This document shows, one piece after another, positions 8,200 to 18,148 of a DNA stretch of 64,000 bases. The position numbers were made by a program, and so were the translations under genes. Numbering within the stretch: the stretch's first letter is position 1; each line of letters starts with the position of its first letter. The notes below the pieces were generated by a model. The model ran no database searches. It saw only the letters and a list, made by a program, of their open reading frames with translations, and was not told the DNA's origin. Source of the DNA: Escherichia phage rV5_ev158; the sequence record LR694611; one strand, given 5' to 3'.

Positions 8200-10511
8200 T
8201 CACCAAGGTAATTAAAAGCAACGGATGTGAAGTGGCATTCGATCCAGAACGTTTAAATAAGGCAGCTATTTTCGGTGACGACGGTAACGGCAATTGGTCA
8301 CATATTGCACTGGATGCATACAAACGACTGTATGATGGATGTACAACCAAAGAAGTTAACCAAGCTATCATAGACTCCTGTGTTAGCCGTAAAGACGAAG
8401 CACATTCCCGTATGGCTGGTCGTGTTCTTATTGGTCAGATTTATAAAGAGGCTTTTGGAGGGTTTACAAAGATCCCTTCCTTACCATCATTTTACAACGA
8501 CATGGTTGAGAAAGGGTATTGGGAGGATATGGGATATAGCTTTACCGAGCTAAACACTTTAGACGCTGTTATTGACCACAGTAAAGATCTCGGTTATGGC
8601 TATGCAGTCCTTAAACAGTTTCGCGACAAATACGGGATCAAGGATACTCTTAAAGACACCTTGTTTGAATCTCCCCAGATGATGTTTATGGGGATAGCAA
8701 TGGCTGTCATGAAGAATATGCCGAAAGAACGTCGTATCAACGATGTTGTAAAATTATACACTTATCTGTCCGACTTAAAGATCAATGCCCCGACACCGTA
8801 CTTAAACGGGCTGCGCACAGGTAAGACAGGGTATGCATCTTGTTGTGTAATAAAAGCTGACGATACAGCAAAATCTATTGGTGTGGCACGTGAAGTTGCG
8901 TACACAATGACGGTTAACCAAGCAGGTATCGGCTACTATTTATCATCAAGATCTGCAGGTGATGGTGTTCGCGGTAACACTATTAAACACATGGGTAAGA
9001 TTCCATATTATCGAGGTATTGATGCTGGTGTTAAGGAGAACAGACAACAATCACGTGGCGGTTCTGCAACAGTATCATTCCTTGCACTGGACCCGCAGAT
9101 TGATGAGCTAATCCGTTTGAGAAACCCTATGACTGTTGCTTCAAAAAGAATCAACACCATGGACTACTCCATCGGTATTAATAGGTCGTTTATCAACCGT
9201 GTGGCTAAGAATTTAGATTGGATGCTTGTTTCTTATAAGCACGCTCCTCAACTGCATGAGGGTATCTTCACCATGTCTATGGAGGAGTTCGATGCAGAGG
9301 TTGAGCGTATTGCTAAAGATGACAGTATTCCTAAGACATGGATCCGGGCTAGAGATCTTGCTGTTGAGCTGATCACGCAGCGTACTGAGGTGGGAAGGCT
9401 GTACGTATACTGGACAGATGAGATGAATAGACATACACCTTTTAAAGATGTGATCTATTCAAGCAACCTGTGTGCAGAAATAGCCCTCCCGACAAAAGGC
9501 TATTCAGATATGCGTAATATCTTCAAGTACGATGTTGATGATGGTGAGGTTGCATTGTGCTTCCTGTCATCTCTTGTAGCTGGGAGGGTTACTCCAGAGG
9601 AGTATGAGGATGTTGCATACTATACGGTGCTTATGATTGACAATGTTATGGAAATCATGACATATCCGTATGAAAATATGGAAAGCACAGTTAAAAAACG
9701 CAGATCCATCGGGGTTGGCCTTACCAATGTTGCACATTTTATTGCCAGCCATAAGGTTACTTACGGGTCTCCTGAAAGTAAACAGCTTGTTCACGATCTT
9801 GCAGAACTTCACAGCTACAGCTTGCATAAGGCAAGTTTACGGTTGGCAAAAGAGCGTGGTGTCTGCGAGTGGATGCATAAAACAAAATATCCAGAAGGTT
9901 GGTTACCAATCGACACCTATAACAAAGAGGTCGATAGCGTGGTGAAAGATCCTTCTCTTAAACAGGATTGGGAAGGGTTACGTAAAGAAATCATTGAGAA
10001 TGGTGGGCTACGTAATAGCGTTCTTGAAGCATATATGCCTAATGAAAGCTCTTCGCTGGCAACAAACACCACTAACGGGGTTTATCCTGTCCGTGAGCAC
10101 ATTATCTTTAAAAAGTCGCCACAAGGGCAGGTGCTGTTTATCGTTCCTGACTATGATGGGTTGAAAGAGTATTACACCTCGGCTTGGGACGTTGATACTA
10201 ACGACATGATCGATATGTACGCCGTGATTCAAAAATTCACAGGTCAGGCAATCAGCGCGGATTTATACATAGACTACACCAAGTTGAAAGATGGTAAAAT
10301 TTCAATGAAGGAGCAGTTAGGGTACCTTATCCGTGCCACTAAATTCGGGATGAAGACATGGTATTATTTAAACTCTAGGGTTGGTGCTGGTGACTCCTTG
10401 GCAGAGGAACTTCATGCCAAGAAACAGGCTGAAGATGAAACCAGAAAGAACTATCCTTTGATTGCAGATAGTTCAGTTGAAGATCCGTATTGCGAAAGCT
10501 GTGCACTATAA
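8196..10511 (+). CDS. nrdA: ribonucleoside-diphosphate reductase large subunit (class I)
   Basis: 771 aa; N-terminal ATP-cone-like VIKSNGCEVAFDPERL; active-site NLCAEIALP; terminator follows. Confidence 0.9.
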   Translation: MITKVIKSNGCEVAFDPERLNKAAIFGDDGNGNWSHIALDAYKRLYDGCTTKEVNQAIIDSCVSRKDEAHSRMAGRVLIGQIYKEAFGGFTKIPSLPSFYNDMVEKGYWEDMGYSFTELNTLDAVIDHSKDLGYGYAVLKQFRDKYGIKDTLKDTLFESPQMMFMGIAMAVMKNMPKERRINDVVKLYTYLSDLKINAPTPYLNGLRTGKTGYASCCVIKADDTAKSIGVAREVAYTMTVNQAGIGYYLSSRSAGDGVRGNTIKHMGKIPYYRGIDAGVKENRQQSRGGSATVSFLALDPQIDELIRLRNPMTVASKRINTMDYSIGINRSFINRVAKNLDWMLVSYKHAPQLHEGIFTMSMEEFDAEVERIAKDDSIPKTWIRARDLAVELITQRTEVGRLYVYWTDEMNRHTPFKDVIYSSNLCAEIALPTKGYSDMRNIFKYDVDDGEVALCFLSSLVAGRVTPEEYEDVAYYTVLMIDNVMEIMTYPYENMESTVKKRRSIGVGLTNVAHFIASHKVTYGSPESKQLVHDLAELHSYSLHKASLRLAKERGVCEWMHKTKYPEGWLPIDTYNKEVDSVVKDPSLKQDWEGLRKEIIENGGLRNSVLEAYMPNESSSLATNTTNGVYPVREHIIFKKSPQGQVLFIVPDYDGLKEYYTSAWDVDTNDMIDMYAVIQKFTGQAISADLYIDYTKLKDGKISMKEQLGYLIRATKFGMKTWYYLNSRVGAGDSLAEELHAKKQAEDETRKNYPLIADSSVEDPYCESCAL

Positions 10512-10516
10512 TTTTA

Positions 10517-10538
10517 AAGGGGCTTCGGCCCCATTTTA
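10517..10538 (+). terminator. Rho-independent terminator / intercistronic hairpin
   Basis: AAAGGGGCTTCGGCCCC followed by ATTTT. Confidence 0.5.
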
Positions 10539-10549
10539 GAGGTAGAATA

Positions 10550-11638
10550 ATGGCTGTATTTAATGCTGAGAACACCGCTCATAAAACTGGTGACTATCCG
10601 CTGTTTCTGGGACAGCAAATGGGTATGTACGACTCTATCAACAAAAAATATCCACAACTGTTTGAACTATACAAAAAACAAAAAGAGCAAGATTGGGCAG
10701 AGGATGAAGTGGATTTGTCGCAATCTATTTCAGATTTTGTAACATGCTCAAAGTCAACTTATGACGTGATGGTGCAGACCTTGATGTGGCAATGGGAGGC
10801 TGATAGCGTTGCGGCAAGATCGATCATCTGCCTCTTTTCACCATTCATCACTAATAGTGAGCTTTTCACTCTATTGATGAAACAGTCAGAGATTGAAGTT
10901 CTTCACGCACTAACTTACTCAGAGATTGTTAGACAATGCCTCCCCAATGCCCGTGAGATTATAGAAGAGATTCAGGAAAACCAAAACGTTCTGAGCAGAT
11001 CCGTCGTTATTGTCAAATACATGCAAGAGCTTGAGGTTATTGGTGCAAAATACCGCCTGGATCCTTCTAGTGTTGAAGAAGATATTGTGCGGAAATGCAT
11101 TCTTAGAGCGCTTTTTGCGCTTTTAGCTCTGGAAAGTATTGAGTTTATTGCAAGTTTTGCATGCACTTTCGCAGTAGCTGAACAGGGTATCTTTGTTCAG
11201 GTGGCGCAGCTTGTTCAAAAAATCATGCTTGACGAAATGCTACATTCGAAAGGTGATTTTGCCATCATTGATATCTTGCTTAATGATCCCGCATGGGAGA
11301 AAAGCTTCCTTGAGATAAAGGGGGAGTTAAAAGAGATTCTTGATGAAGTACGAACCAAAGAGTACGGTTGGAGTGACTATATTTTCAGCGAAGGAAGAGC
11401 GATTATAGGTCTTAACTCACCGTTGCTTAAAGAGTGGGTTGACTATAACTGCTCACCGATTTATGATTACTACGACATCGACAAAGACTTTGTGCCGCCA
11501 ACAAAGGACCCGCTACCGTTTATGCAGGTGTGGATGAAACCTTCATTGCAACAGACGGCGAACCAAGAAATGTCGAACACTGACTACCGCGTCAACACAA
11601 CTGTTAACGACGCTGAAGAAGAAATTTGGGAGTTTTAA
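10550..11638 (+). CDS. nrdB: ribonucleoside-diphosphate reductase small subunit
   Basis: ATG 10550 after hairpin with AGAGGTAG upstream; ferritin-like small-subunit features; acidic C-terminal tail EEEIWEF. Confidence 0.8.
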   Translation: MAVFNAENTAHKTGDYPLFLGQQMGMYDSINKKYPQLFELYKKQKEQDWAEDEVDLSQSISDFVTCSKSTYDVMVQTLMWQWEADSVAARSIICLFSPFITNSELFTLLMKQSEIEVLHALTYSEIVRQCLPNAREIIEEIQENQNVLSRSVVIVKYMQELEVIGAKYRLDPSSVEEDIVRKCILRALFALLALESIEFIASFACTFAVAEQGIFVQVAQLVQKIMLDEMLHSKGDFAIIDILLNDPAWEKSFLEIKGELKEILDEVRTKEYGWSDYIFSEGRAIIGLNSPLLKEWVDYNCSPIYDYYDIDKDFVPPTKDPLPFMQVWMKPSLQQTANQEMSNTDYRVNTTVNDAEEEIWEF

Positions 11639-11641
11639 TAT

Positions 11642-11920
11642 ATGAGCTGCGAAAAATCTTTTTTCATCATCATTTACGGTAAGGATAACTGCCCACATTG
11701 TGTCAGAGCAAAAGAATTTGCAATCAGCAAAGGTCTGCCTTTTGTATATAAGACACTTGGCGAGGGCTACACAAAAGAAGAGCTTATTGAGAAGTGTAGT
11801 CCAATCGTCCCCCGAACGTTGCCGCAGATCTTCTTAGAAAGCGATCTTGACAGTATCCATATAGGCGGTGCCGACGATTTCATCTCTTTTGTTAAGAATG
11901 GTTTTGGAGAGAAAAAGTGA
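11642..11920 (+). CDS. glutaredoxin/thioredoxin-like redoxin (NrdC/NrdH-like)
   Basis: CPHC active site in YGKDNCPHCVRAKEF; sits between nrdB and nrdD. Confidence 0.75.
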   Translation: MSCEKSFFIIIYGKDNCPHCVRAKEFAISKGLPFVYKTLGEGYTKEELIEKCSPIVPRTLPQIFLESDLDSIHIGGADDFISFVKNGFGEKK

Positions 11921-14040
11921 AAGTTGTAAAACGGGACGGTAGAGAAGAGTTCTATAACGGAATTAAGGTGATCAAGGCGGCAGAGTCCGCCTTACTTGAG
12001 TCTGGACATACTGAAGAAGAAGCTTACCGGATCGCCTGCGCGGTTAATGAAGTTGTTGCTAACAATCTACCAACCGACCAGTGCACAATCTCTGTAAAAA
12101 ATATCCATATCCTTGTTGAAGATGCTCTTATGGATATGGGTTTAAAATGTGCAGCCAGAGAATACATCCAGTATAGACAGACAAGAGATAATAACAGAGA
12201 GGCAGGTGGAAAACTGCTTGCAGATATTAGTGGCTTCTTGGATCGAACTTGTGATGAATTTACAAAAGAAAACGCAAATAAGCCTACTAATCATGTACAC
12301 ACTCATCGCGACCTGCTTGCAGGTATTCTTAGCAAACACCTTGCATCAACACAGATCCTGCCAGACCGTGTCTCCGAAGAGCACAATAAAGGCTTCATCC
12401 ATGTGCATGATCTTGACTACTTGATCAGTCCGTTAACAAACTGTTGTTTGGTAAATTATCCAGATATGTTGGAAAACGGATTCAACATTGGTAACGCCCA
12501 TGTCAGTAAGCCGAAGTCAATAGGGGTTGCAACAACAATCCTTAGCCAAATTTCTAGTGCGGTAGCTAGTGCTCAATATGGTGGTCAGACTATGAGCCAT
12601 ATTGATCATTATCTGGCACAGTATGCTGAAGCAACCTATGAGAAGAACCTTAAATTTTGCCAGGAACATTGGTTGCCAAATGCTGAGAGTGTTGCAATGC
12701 AAATGACAGATAAAGACGTATTTGACAGCATGCAGACTTTGCTCTATCAAATCAATACGTTAACTTCTGTCAACGGGCAAACTCCATTCATCACATTGAG
12801 TTTAGGACTGGATACCTCGGTCTTTGGTAGAATGATTACCAAAAACTACCTGAAAGTCCACAAAATGGGTCTTGGTGAAGAACGTATTACACCTGTGTTC
12901 CCTAAAGTGCTGTTCTTCCTAGAAGAGGGTGTCAACATGAACCCTGGGGATCCTAACTATGATTTGAAACGATTAGCTCTGGAATGCTGTGCAGAACGTA
13001 TCTACCCTGACTTCGTATCTGTACCACTAAATAGAAAAGTGACAGGCTCGACAGATGGCAAAGTAACTAGCATGGGTTGCAGGAGTTTTCTTAGCAAATA
13101 CAATGACTTGGAAACAGGCGAGGAGAAATACCTTGGCAGATTTAACTTAGGCGTTGTTAGCCTTAACCTGCCAATGATTGCGGCAAAAGCCAAGACGGAA
13201 GGTGTTGATTTCTTTGCAGTTCTTGACGAATACTTGGATCTTGCATACGAGGCTCACCTTGTAAGGGTTAATCGTCTAAAAGGAACAAAGGCAGGGCAGA
13301 ACCCCATCATGTGGTGTGAAGGCGCTCTTGCTCGCCTGGATCCTGAAGAGAGTATTGATAAACTCTTCTATGACGGGTACGCTTCCATCAGTATTGGGTA
13401 TATCGGTGTGTATGAAACCTGTCAGATTTTGGGCAGAGAGGGTGACAAGGCTTTAGCTCTTGGAATCCTTCAGCACATGAGAGATGCTTGTGAGCGATAC
13501 AAGAAGGAAAGTAGACTAGCATTTAGCTTGTACGGCACTCCTTCTGAGAGTCTATGCTATAAAGCTGCAACCTGTCTGGATCGTGAATATCCGGAAGTGT
13601 TGAAGCACGAGCATGAATATCTCACCAACAGTTTCCATCAGCCAGTATGGATAAATAGCTCTCCTTTTGATAAGTGGGAGTATGAGGAAGGTTTTGCTAT
13701 GATCTCCTCTGGTGGCAACATCGGATACGTAGAAACACCTAACCTGAAAAACAACCTGGATGCTTTAGAGGCTCTTGTTGACTTCGGGTATAAACACATT
13801 ATGTATTTTGGTATTAACCAACCTGTGGATAAATGTCTCAAGTGTGGTTTCTCTGGTGAGTTCAGTGCAACAGCTAAAGGCTTTGTATGCCCAGAGTGTG
13901 GAAACCATGAAGAGGGAACGATCAGTGTAATTCGACGTGTGTCTGGATACCTTTCCAGTCCTAACTCCCGTCCTTACAATAAAGGTAAGCAAGCGGAAGT
14001 TATCGAGCGAGTTAAGCACTACGGAAGTTGTGGTTGCTGA
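11917..14040 (+). CDS. nrdD: anaerobic ribonucleoside-triphosphate reductase
   Basis: 707 aa; N-terminal ATP cone; C-terminal zinc ribbon CLKCGF...CPECG and glycyl-radical-like RRVSGYL. Confidence 0.85.
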   Translation: MKVVKRDGREEFYNGIKVIKAAESALLESGHTEEEAYRIACAVNEVVANNLPTDQCTISVKNIHILVEDALMDMGLKCAAREYIQYRQTRDNNREAGGKLLADISGFLDRTCDEFTKENANKPTNHVHTHRDLLAGILSKHLASTQILPDRVSEEHNKGFIHVHDLDYLISPLTNCCLVNYPDMLENGFNIGNAHVSKPKSIGVATTILSQISSAVASAQYGGQTMSHIDHYLAQYAEATYEKNLKFCQEHWLPNAESVAMQMTDKDVFDSMQTLLYQINTLTSVNGQTPFITLSLGLDTSVFGRMITKNYLKVHKMGLGEERITPVFPKVLFFLEEGVNMNPGDPNYDLKRLALECCAERIYPDFVSVPLNRKVTGSTDGKVTSMGCRSFLSKYNDLETGEEKYLGRFNLGVVSLNLPMIAAKAKTEGVDFFAVLDEYLDLAYEAHLVRVNRLKGTKAGQNPIMWCEGALARLDPEESIDKLFYDGYASISIGYIGVYETCQILGREGDKALALGILQHMRDACERYKKESRLAFSLYGTPSESLCYKAATCLDREYPEVLKHEHEYLTNSFHQPVWINSSPFDKWEYEEGFAMISSGGNIGYVETPNLKNNLDALEALVDFGYKHIMYFGINQPVDKCLKCGFSGEFSATAKGFVCPECGNHEEGTISVIRRVSGYLSSPNSRPYNKGKQAEVIERVKHYGSCGC

Positions 14041-14043
14041 TTC

Positions 14044-14073
14044 TTGACAAAAGCCACAAGGATGTGGCATATT
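14044..14073 (+). promoter_or_regulatory. putative sigma70-like promoter
   Basis: TTGACA at 14044-14049; TG-extended CATATT-like -10 about 18 bp downstream. Confidence 0.4.
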
Positions 14074-14103
14074 ATTGACACACAGTGAGCTAGGAGGTGC
14101 AGT

Positions 14104-14220
14104 ATGTCATCAGGTATTTATAAAATTTGCAAGTGCGGCTGTAGTTGTAATCTTCGTTGGTGCAAGGCACTAGACGATTTTATTTGGCATTGCCCTAAAT
14201 GTGATGCGGAGTATCTATGA
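14104..14220 (+). CDS. small Cys-rich (zinc-ribbon-like) protein, 38 aa
   Basis: AGGAGG 6 nt upstream of ATG; CKCGCSC...CPKC; stop overlaps nrdG start (ATGA); below the ORF-track size cutoff. Confidence 0.35.
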   Translation: MSSGIYKICKCGCSCNLRWCKALDDFIWHCPKCDAEYL

Positions 14221-14690
14221 ACATTGCTGGATACACAGAAATATCTTACACCGAAGGACCAGGTATTAGAACTGCCTTGTGGGTATCTGGGTGCCCACAC
14301 GCTTGCCATGGTTGCTTTAATCAGGCATTTTGGTCAAAAGATAAGGGGAGGAAGTTCACTGAAGAAGACTTGCAAAAAATCTTGTCAGATTTAGATAACC
14401 CGTCTGTGTGCGGTATCTCTCTACTGGGTGGAGAACCCTTAGCATACTATAATGAGCCAGATATTATTAGCCTGATGGAGAAAATTAAGGAAAAATTTGG
14501 TGACAAGAAAACTATTCTTGTATATACTGGGTTCACATTTGACCATATCTCTAGTGATGTTCTTAAACTGGCTGATATCATCATTGACGGTAAGTATGTA
14601 AAAGATTTACCAACCAAGAAACCGTTCCGAGGCAGTGATAACCAAAGAATGTTTAAAAAAGTATCAGGCGGTTGGGTTCAGGTAGACTAG
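14217..14690 (+). CDS. nrdG: anaerobic RNR activating protein (radical SAM)
   Basis: CxxxCxxC radical-SAM motif as CPHACHGC; adjacent to nrdD. Confidence 0.8.
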   Translation: MNIAGYTEISYTEGPGIRTALWVSGCPHACHGCFNQAFWSKDKGRKFTEEDLQKILSDLDNPSVCGISLLGGEPLAYYNEPDIISLMEKIKEKFGDKKTILVYTGFTFDHISSDVLKLADIIIDGKYVKDLPTKKPFRGSDNQRMFKKVSGGWVQVD

Positions 14691-14693
14691 TTG

Positions 14694-14723
14694 TTGACAA
14701 AGCTTTGTTGAGTTGGTTATAAT
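14694..14723 (+). promoter_or_regulatory. sigma70-like promoter TTGACA-18-TATAAT
   Basis: TTGACA 14694-14699, TATAAT 14718-14723. Confidence 0.55.
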
Positions 14724-14752
14724 TGCCGTAATGAAAGCAGAGGAGGTGCCAA

Positions 14753-14866
14753 ATGGCTAAAAAAGCCTTGAAGAAGGCGTACAAGAAAGAGATTGCGCTT
14801 GAGCTTAAGAAAAAACACAAGCGTGAAAAGAAACATCATGAAGATGAAGAGGGGGTGCAACAGTGA
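14753..14866 (+). CDS. small basic protein, 37 aa
   Basis: GAGGAGGTG upstream of ATG; lysine-rich; below ORF-track cutoff. Confidence 0.3.
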   Translation: MAKKALKKAYKKEIALELKKKHKREKKHHEDEEGVQQ

Positions 14867-15213
14867 CACAAGAACGTATCGATTTGGCTAATAAGTTTGT
14901 AGATCTCATTTTGCCACGGTTAGTTACTCAACATGCAGATGCTATTTCTACTAATCTTGATGGCTTACGCCTAATGCTGAATCGCACAGATGACCCTCGT
15001 ATTCGGGCTGATTTAGAAGCCTCTGCCAACAAACTGGAAAAGTTCTTGCAAGTAGACACGCAAGAAGCCTTGCACAAGATTATGGTGGAAGGTTTCTCTA
15101 AAGAATTTACCATTAAAGAGCTTAAGGAGCTGATCCACCAAGAAGAGATGAATATCCGAGTTCAGGCTGTTGCAAGCAGCATGGAAGCGGCTATTGAAAA
15201 ACTGTTGCAGTAA
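14863..15213 (+). CDS. hypothetical protein
   Basis: 116 aa ORF, GTG start overlapping upstream stop. Confidence 0.45.
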   Translation: MTQERIDLANKFVDLILPRLVTQHADAISTNLDGLRLMLNRTDDPRIRADLEASANKLEKFLQVDTQEALHKIMVEGFSKEFTIKELKELIHQEEMNIRVQAVASSMEAAIEKLLQ

Positions 15214-15251
15214 AAGTACTTGGCACATCTCAATCTGAAAGGAGTCCCAAC

Positions 15252-16040
15252 ATGGGTCGAGCTAAAGAAACAAAACGCATGCGTGATGAAGCTAGAGAGG
15301 CTCGCAAATCTGATCGCCTGCGTAAGGCTGCTGAGAAATTTGCTGACGAAAGAGAGCACACCGCTCCAGCTCTCCGACCAATGAATAAGAAGCAGCAAAA
15401 GTATCTTGATTATCTAGGGTCACGTAAGATTATTATTGTAAACGGTGTGTTTGGATCCGGTAAGACATTTATGGCATCTGCATATGCAGGTGATCTTCTG
15501 CGTAAGAACGAGATTGATAAGATCATTGTTGCACGTCCTTACGTCCAGACAGGAAAGACTTCAGGATTTAAACCCGGAAATGCAATGCAGAAACTGTGGC
15601 CCTATCTTCGAAGCATGATGGACACGATTTGTCGTCGTGTTGGCAAAGGTGCTTTTGCCGCAATGCTGGGAGACGGTCAGAACAGTCGTATCGAGATTTG
15701 TGAAGTTGAAAGCATTCGTGGTCGTAGTTTCGATGAGCGATGCTTTGTCCTGATTGACGAGGCACAGCAAACTAACCCTGAAGAAATGTTGTCAATTATC
15801 ACAAGGATCTCTGATCAAGCCACCCTTGTAATTATGGGTGATAATAGCCAACGTGACATCCCTGGTAAATCTGGCCTTGCATGGGTGACGGATTTCTTTA
15901 CTCGTCATCCAGATCCTGAGGTTGGAATGATCAGCTTTGATAGTCCAGACGATGTCGTTCGTTCCGGGTTGGGTCGTCAAATCGCACTCAATCTTATTGA
16001 GGATCGTGCAAATCATATTTGGACCCCTGTTTCCGAGTAA
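15252..16040 (+). CDS. phoH: PhoH-like ATPase
   Basis: Walker A GVFGSGKT; ARPYVQTGKTSGFKPG resembles the recalled PhoH block RPAVEAGEKLGFLPG. Confidence 0.75.
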   Translation: MGRAKETKRMRDEAREARKSDRLRKAAEKFADEREHTAPALRPMNKKQQKYLDYLGSRKIIIVNGVFGSGKTFMASAYAGDLLRKNEIDKIIVARPYVQTGKTSGFKPGNAMQKLWPYLRSMMDTICRRVGKGAFAAMLGDGQNSRIEICEVESIRGRSFDERCFVLIDEAQQTNPEEMLSIITRISDQATLVIMGDNSQRDIPGKSGLAWVTDFFTRHPDPEVGMISFDSPDDVVRSGLGRQIALNLIEDRANHIWTPVSE

Positions 16041-16084
16041 TACAGAAGGGTGGTTATTCCACCCTTAAATATCTAAAACAGTTG

Positions 16085-16113
16085 TTGACAAATAGGCAAG
16101 CTTTAGATATTAT
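16085..16113 (+). promoter_or_regulatory. sigma70-like promoter TTGACA-17-TATTAT
   Basis: -35 at 16085-16090, -10 at 16108-16113. Confidence 0.5.
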
Positions 16114-16141
16114 TATCGGACAAAACAAAGAGAAGGACAGT

Positions 16142-16453
16142 ATGGCTACAATACAAGAGAAACTGAATAAAATATACTGCCTATTTGTCTATAACGGTGA
16201 GACAATTTTGGCAAATAAAGGATCCAAGAATGTGTGGACCAAGGACAGCGGTGGTAATATAATCAACTTAGCGTTGCTACGTGAGCGCCGACACAGATTC
16301 TTTATCGAGTCTCGAATTATTGAAAGCAGCACTTGCTACAGAACAGGCGATAAAGTAATTGTTGACAATGATACGTGGTATGTGGTAGATTGGCAATCAT
16401 TGAGTTGTGATGCTTCTGACAATCGTAAGTACTCCATAGTGATTGCTAAATAA
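16142..16453 (+). CDS. hypothetical protein
   Basis: ATG 16142 downstream of promoter with AAGGACAG SD-like sequence; listed ORF start 16019 overlaps phoH. Confidence 0.45.
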   Translation: MATIQEKLNKIYCLFVYNGETILANKGSKNVWTKDSGGNIINLALLRERRHRFFIESRIIESSTCYRTGDKVIVDNDTWYVVDWQSLSCDASDNRKYSIVIAK

Positions 16454-16513
16454 AGGTAAATGTGAATCAGGTTTAAATAAATAGCTTTCAACTTCCAATA
16501 TTAAGGATTTCTC

Positions 16514-17563
16514 ATGAATTTAACACCTCGCAGCACCATGGTACACGGCATGAAAGAGAAACAGAACGGTTTCGAACCTATGAGTAATAAAATGTTTGGT
16601 ATGCCGGGCGGTATCATGGAAACATACAGCTACCCAACACCTGTTGTTGACCACGTTCTTTATATCGACGATTTGGAAGACCTGCAGGATCATATGTCTC
16701 GCCTGCAGACGATCCGTATGGCTCAGCCTGAAGAAAGCATTCGAGTGATCATTAACAGCCCTGGTGGTTGCGTGCACATTGCGATGGCTTATCTGCAGGC
16801 ATTCCGCGAGTCTCAGGCAAGCGTTGTTGCACATGCGGAAGGGATGTGCTGCTCTGCGGGAACAATCTTATGGCTGGGTTGCAAAGAACGTACTGTGGCT
16901 CCGGACACAGAGTTTATGTTCCACTACTATCAAGGTGGCACTTATGGTAACGGTGTGAACATGAATACTCAGGTCAGCTACTGGAAAAAACGTTTTGAAC
17001 GCCTGATCGAAAAATACTACGGTGGGGTGCTGACAGAAGATGAGATCGCATCCATCACAGCTGGTGGCGAAGTGTGGTTGGACGGAGAAGAGCTGGCAGC
17101 ACGCACTGGAGCTATTATTCTGGATGAAGGCAACATACAACGCATCCAGAACGGACAAAAACCGAAAAAGCTTCTGGCAAAAGGTGATGAAGAAGGCGTG
17201 TTAGGTGAAGCAGGTCTTCCGGAGATTCACCAGTGCACATCTTTAGATGAGTTAGTTCATGCTGTTGAATCTGCAAAAGCGGGTGGTTCGAAAGGTGATG
17301 TTCACACTGTGTTCCTGAATCTGCAGATGGAAAGTGGCGAGACCGTCAGAATTGCCCTGAGTGAGATTACTTCAGAAGATCTGCAGCGATTCTCTGTCGT
17401 TGAACTTCAAGACATTCTGTCCCAATTGAAGACAACCCTGAACGGCGGTGAAGAGGTTAAGGTAAAAGATAAGACTCGCAAGCGTCTGGTGGACAATATT
17501 ATTAAAACAGCAAAAGAGCTCAATGAAAAAATCCTGGGTGCAGGAATTGTCGAAGAAGCTTAA
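16514..17563 (+). CDS. ClpP-family serine peptidase-like protein with C-terminal extension
   Basis: INSPGG and GMCCSAG (Ser) blocks, then His and Asp in ClpP order; about 150 aa extra C-terminal region. Confidence 0.6.
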   Translation: MNLTPRSTMVHGMKEKQNGFEPMSNKMFGMPGGIMETYSYPTPVVDHVLYIDDLEDLQDHMSRLQTIRMAQPEESIRVIINSPGGCVHIAMAYLQAFRESQASVVAHAEGMCCSAGTILWLGCKERTVAPDTEFMFHYYQGGTYGNGVNMNTQVSYWKKRFERLIEKYYGGVLTEDEIASITAGGEVWLDGEELAARTGAIILDEGNIQRIQNGQKPKKLLAKGDEEGVLGEAGLPEIHQCTSLDELVHAVESAKAGGSKGDVHTVFLNLQMESGETVRIALSEITSEDLQRFSVVELQDILSQLKTTLNGGEEVKVKDKTRKRLVDNIIKTAKELNEKILGAGIVEEA

Positions 17564-17574
17564 ACATTAATTCT

Positions 17575-17598
17575 AAAGCCCTCTTCGGAGGGCTTTTA
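17575..17598 (+). terminator. Rho-independent terminator
   Basis: AGCCCTCTTCGGAGGGCT hairpin followed by TTTT. Confidence 0.65.
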
Positions 17599-17614
17599 TG
17601 ATCTGGAGATTTGC

Positions 17615-18148
17615 ATGACTTGTGCTAGAAAACCTGATGAACAACGTAACGCCTACGATGAGTATGTGACACCGGAGTGGTGTGCAGAAGGGCTGTATGA
17701 CCTTATTCCGTTCCCAGAAGACTGGACCTACTTAGAGCCTTGCAGGAATAGTGCCTCAGGTGTGTTCTACTCACGTATGCCGTTAGGATCTGCATGGGGA
17801 GAAATCCAAGAAGGTGTTGACTATCTGAATACAGAATACAACCATGTTGACTGTATTATCACCAACCCACCATACAGCCTGGCTCGTGAGTTTGTAGACA
17901 AGGCGTTGAAAGATGCTGACGTAGTTATTATGCTTTTGCGTCTTAATTTTCTGGAAAGCAAAGCCAGATTTGAATGGTGGCTTGATAATGCACCTACTAC
18001 TGTGATCACAATATCTAAGCGTCCATCATTTCAATCAAATGGCAGAACTGACGGGCAAGCATATGCATATTTTGTGTGGGATAAGAAAAACCGTTTAGAC
18101 TTGCCGCCGTTTATGTGGTTGGCACCCCCAGAGGTAGACCTGAAATGA
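17615..18148 (+). CDS. small DNA N6-adenine methyltransferase-like protein
   Basis: 177 aa with IITNPPY catalytic motif; size and motif fit small phage Dam-like methyltransferases. Confidence 0.5.
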   Translation: MTCARKPDEQRNAYDEYVTPEWCAEGLYDLIPFPEDWTYLEPCRNSASGVFYSRMPLGSAWGEIQEGVDYLNTEYNHVDCIITNPPYSLAREFVDKALKDADVVIMLLRLNFLESKARFEWWLDNAPTTVITISKRPSFQSNGRTDGQAYAYFVWDKKNRLDLPPFMWLAPPEVDLK

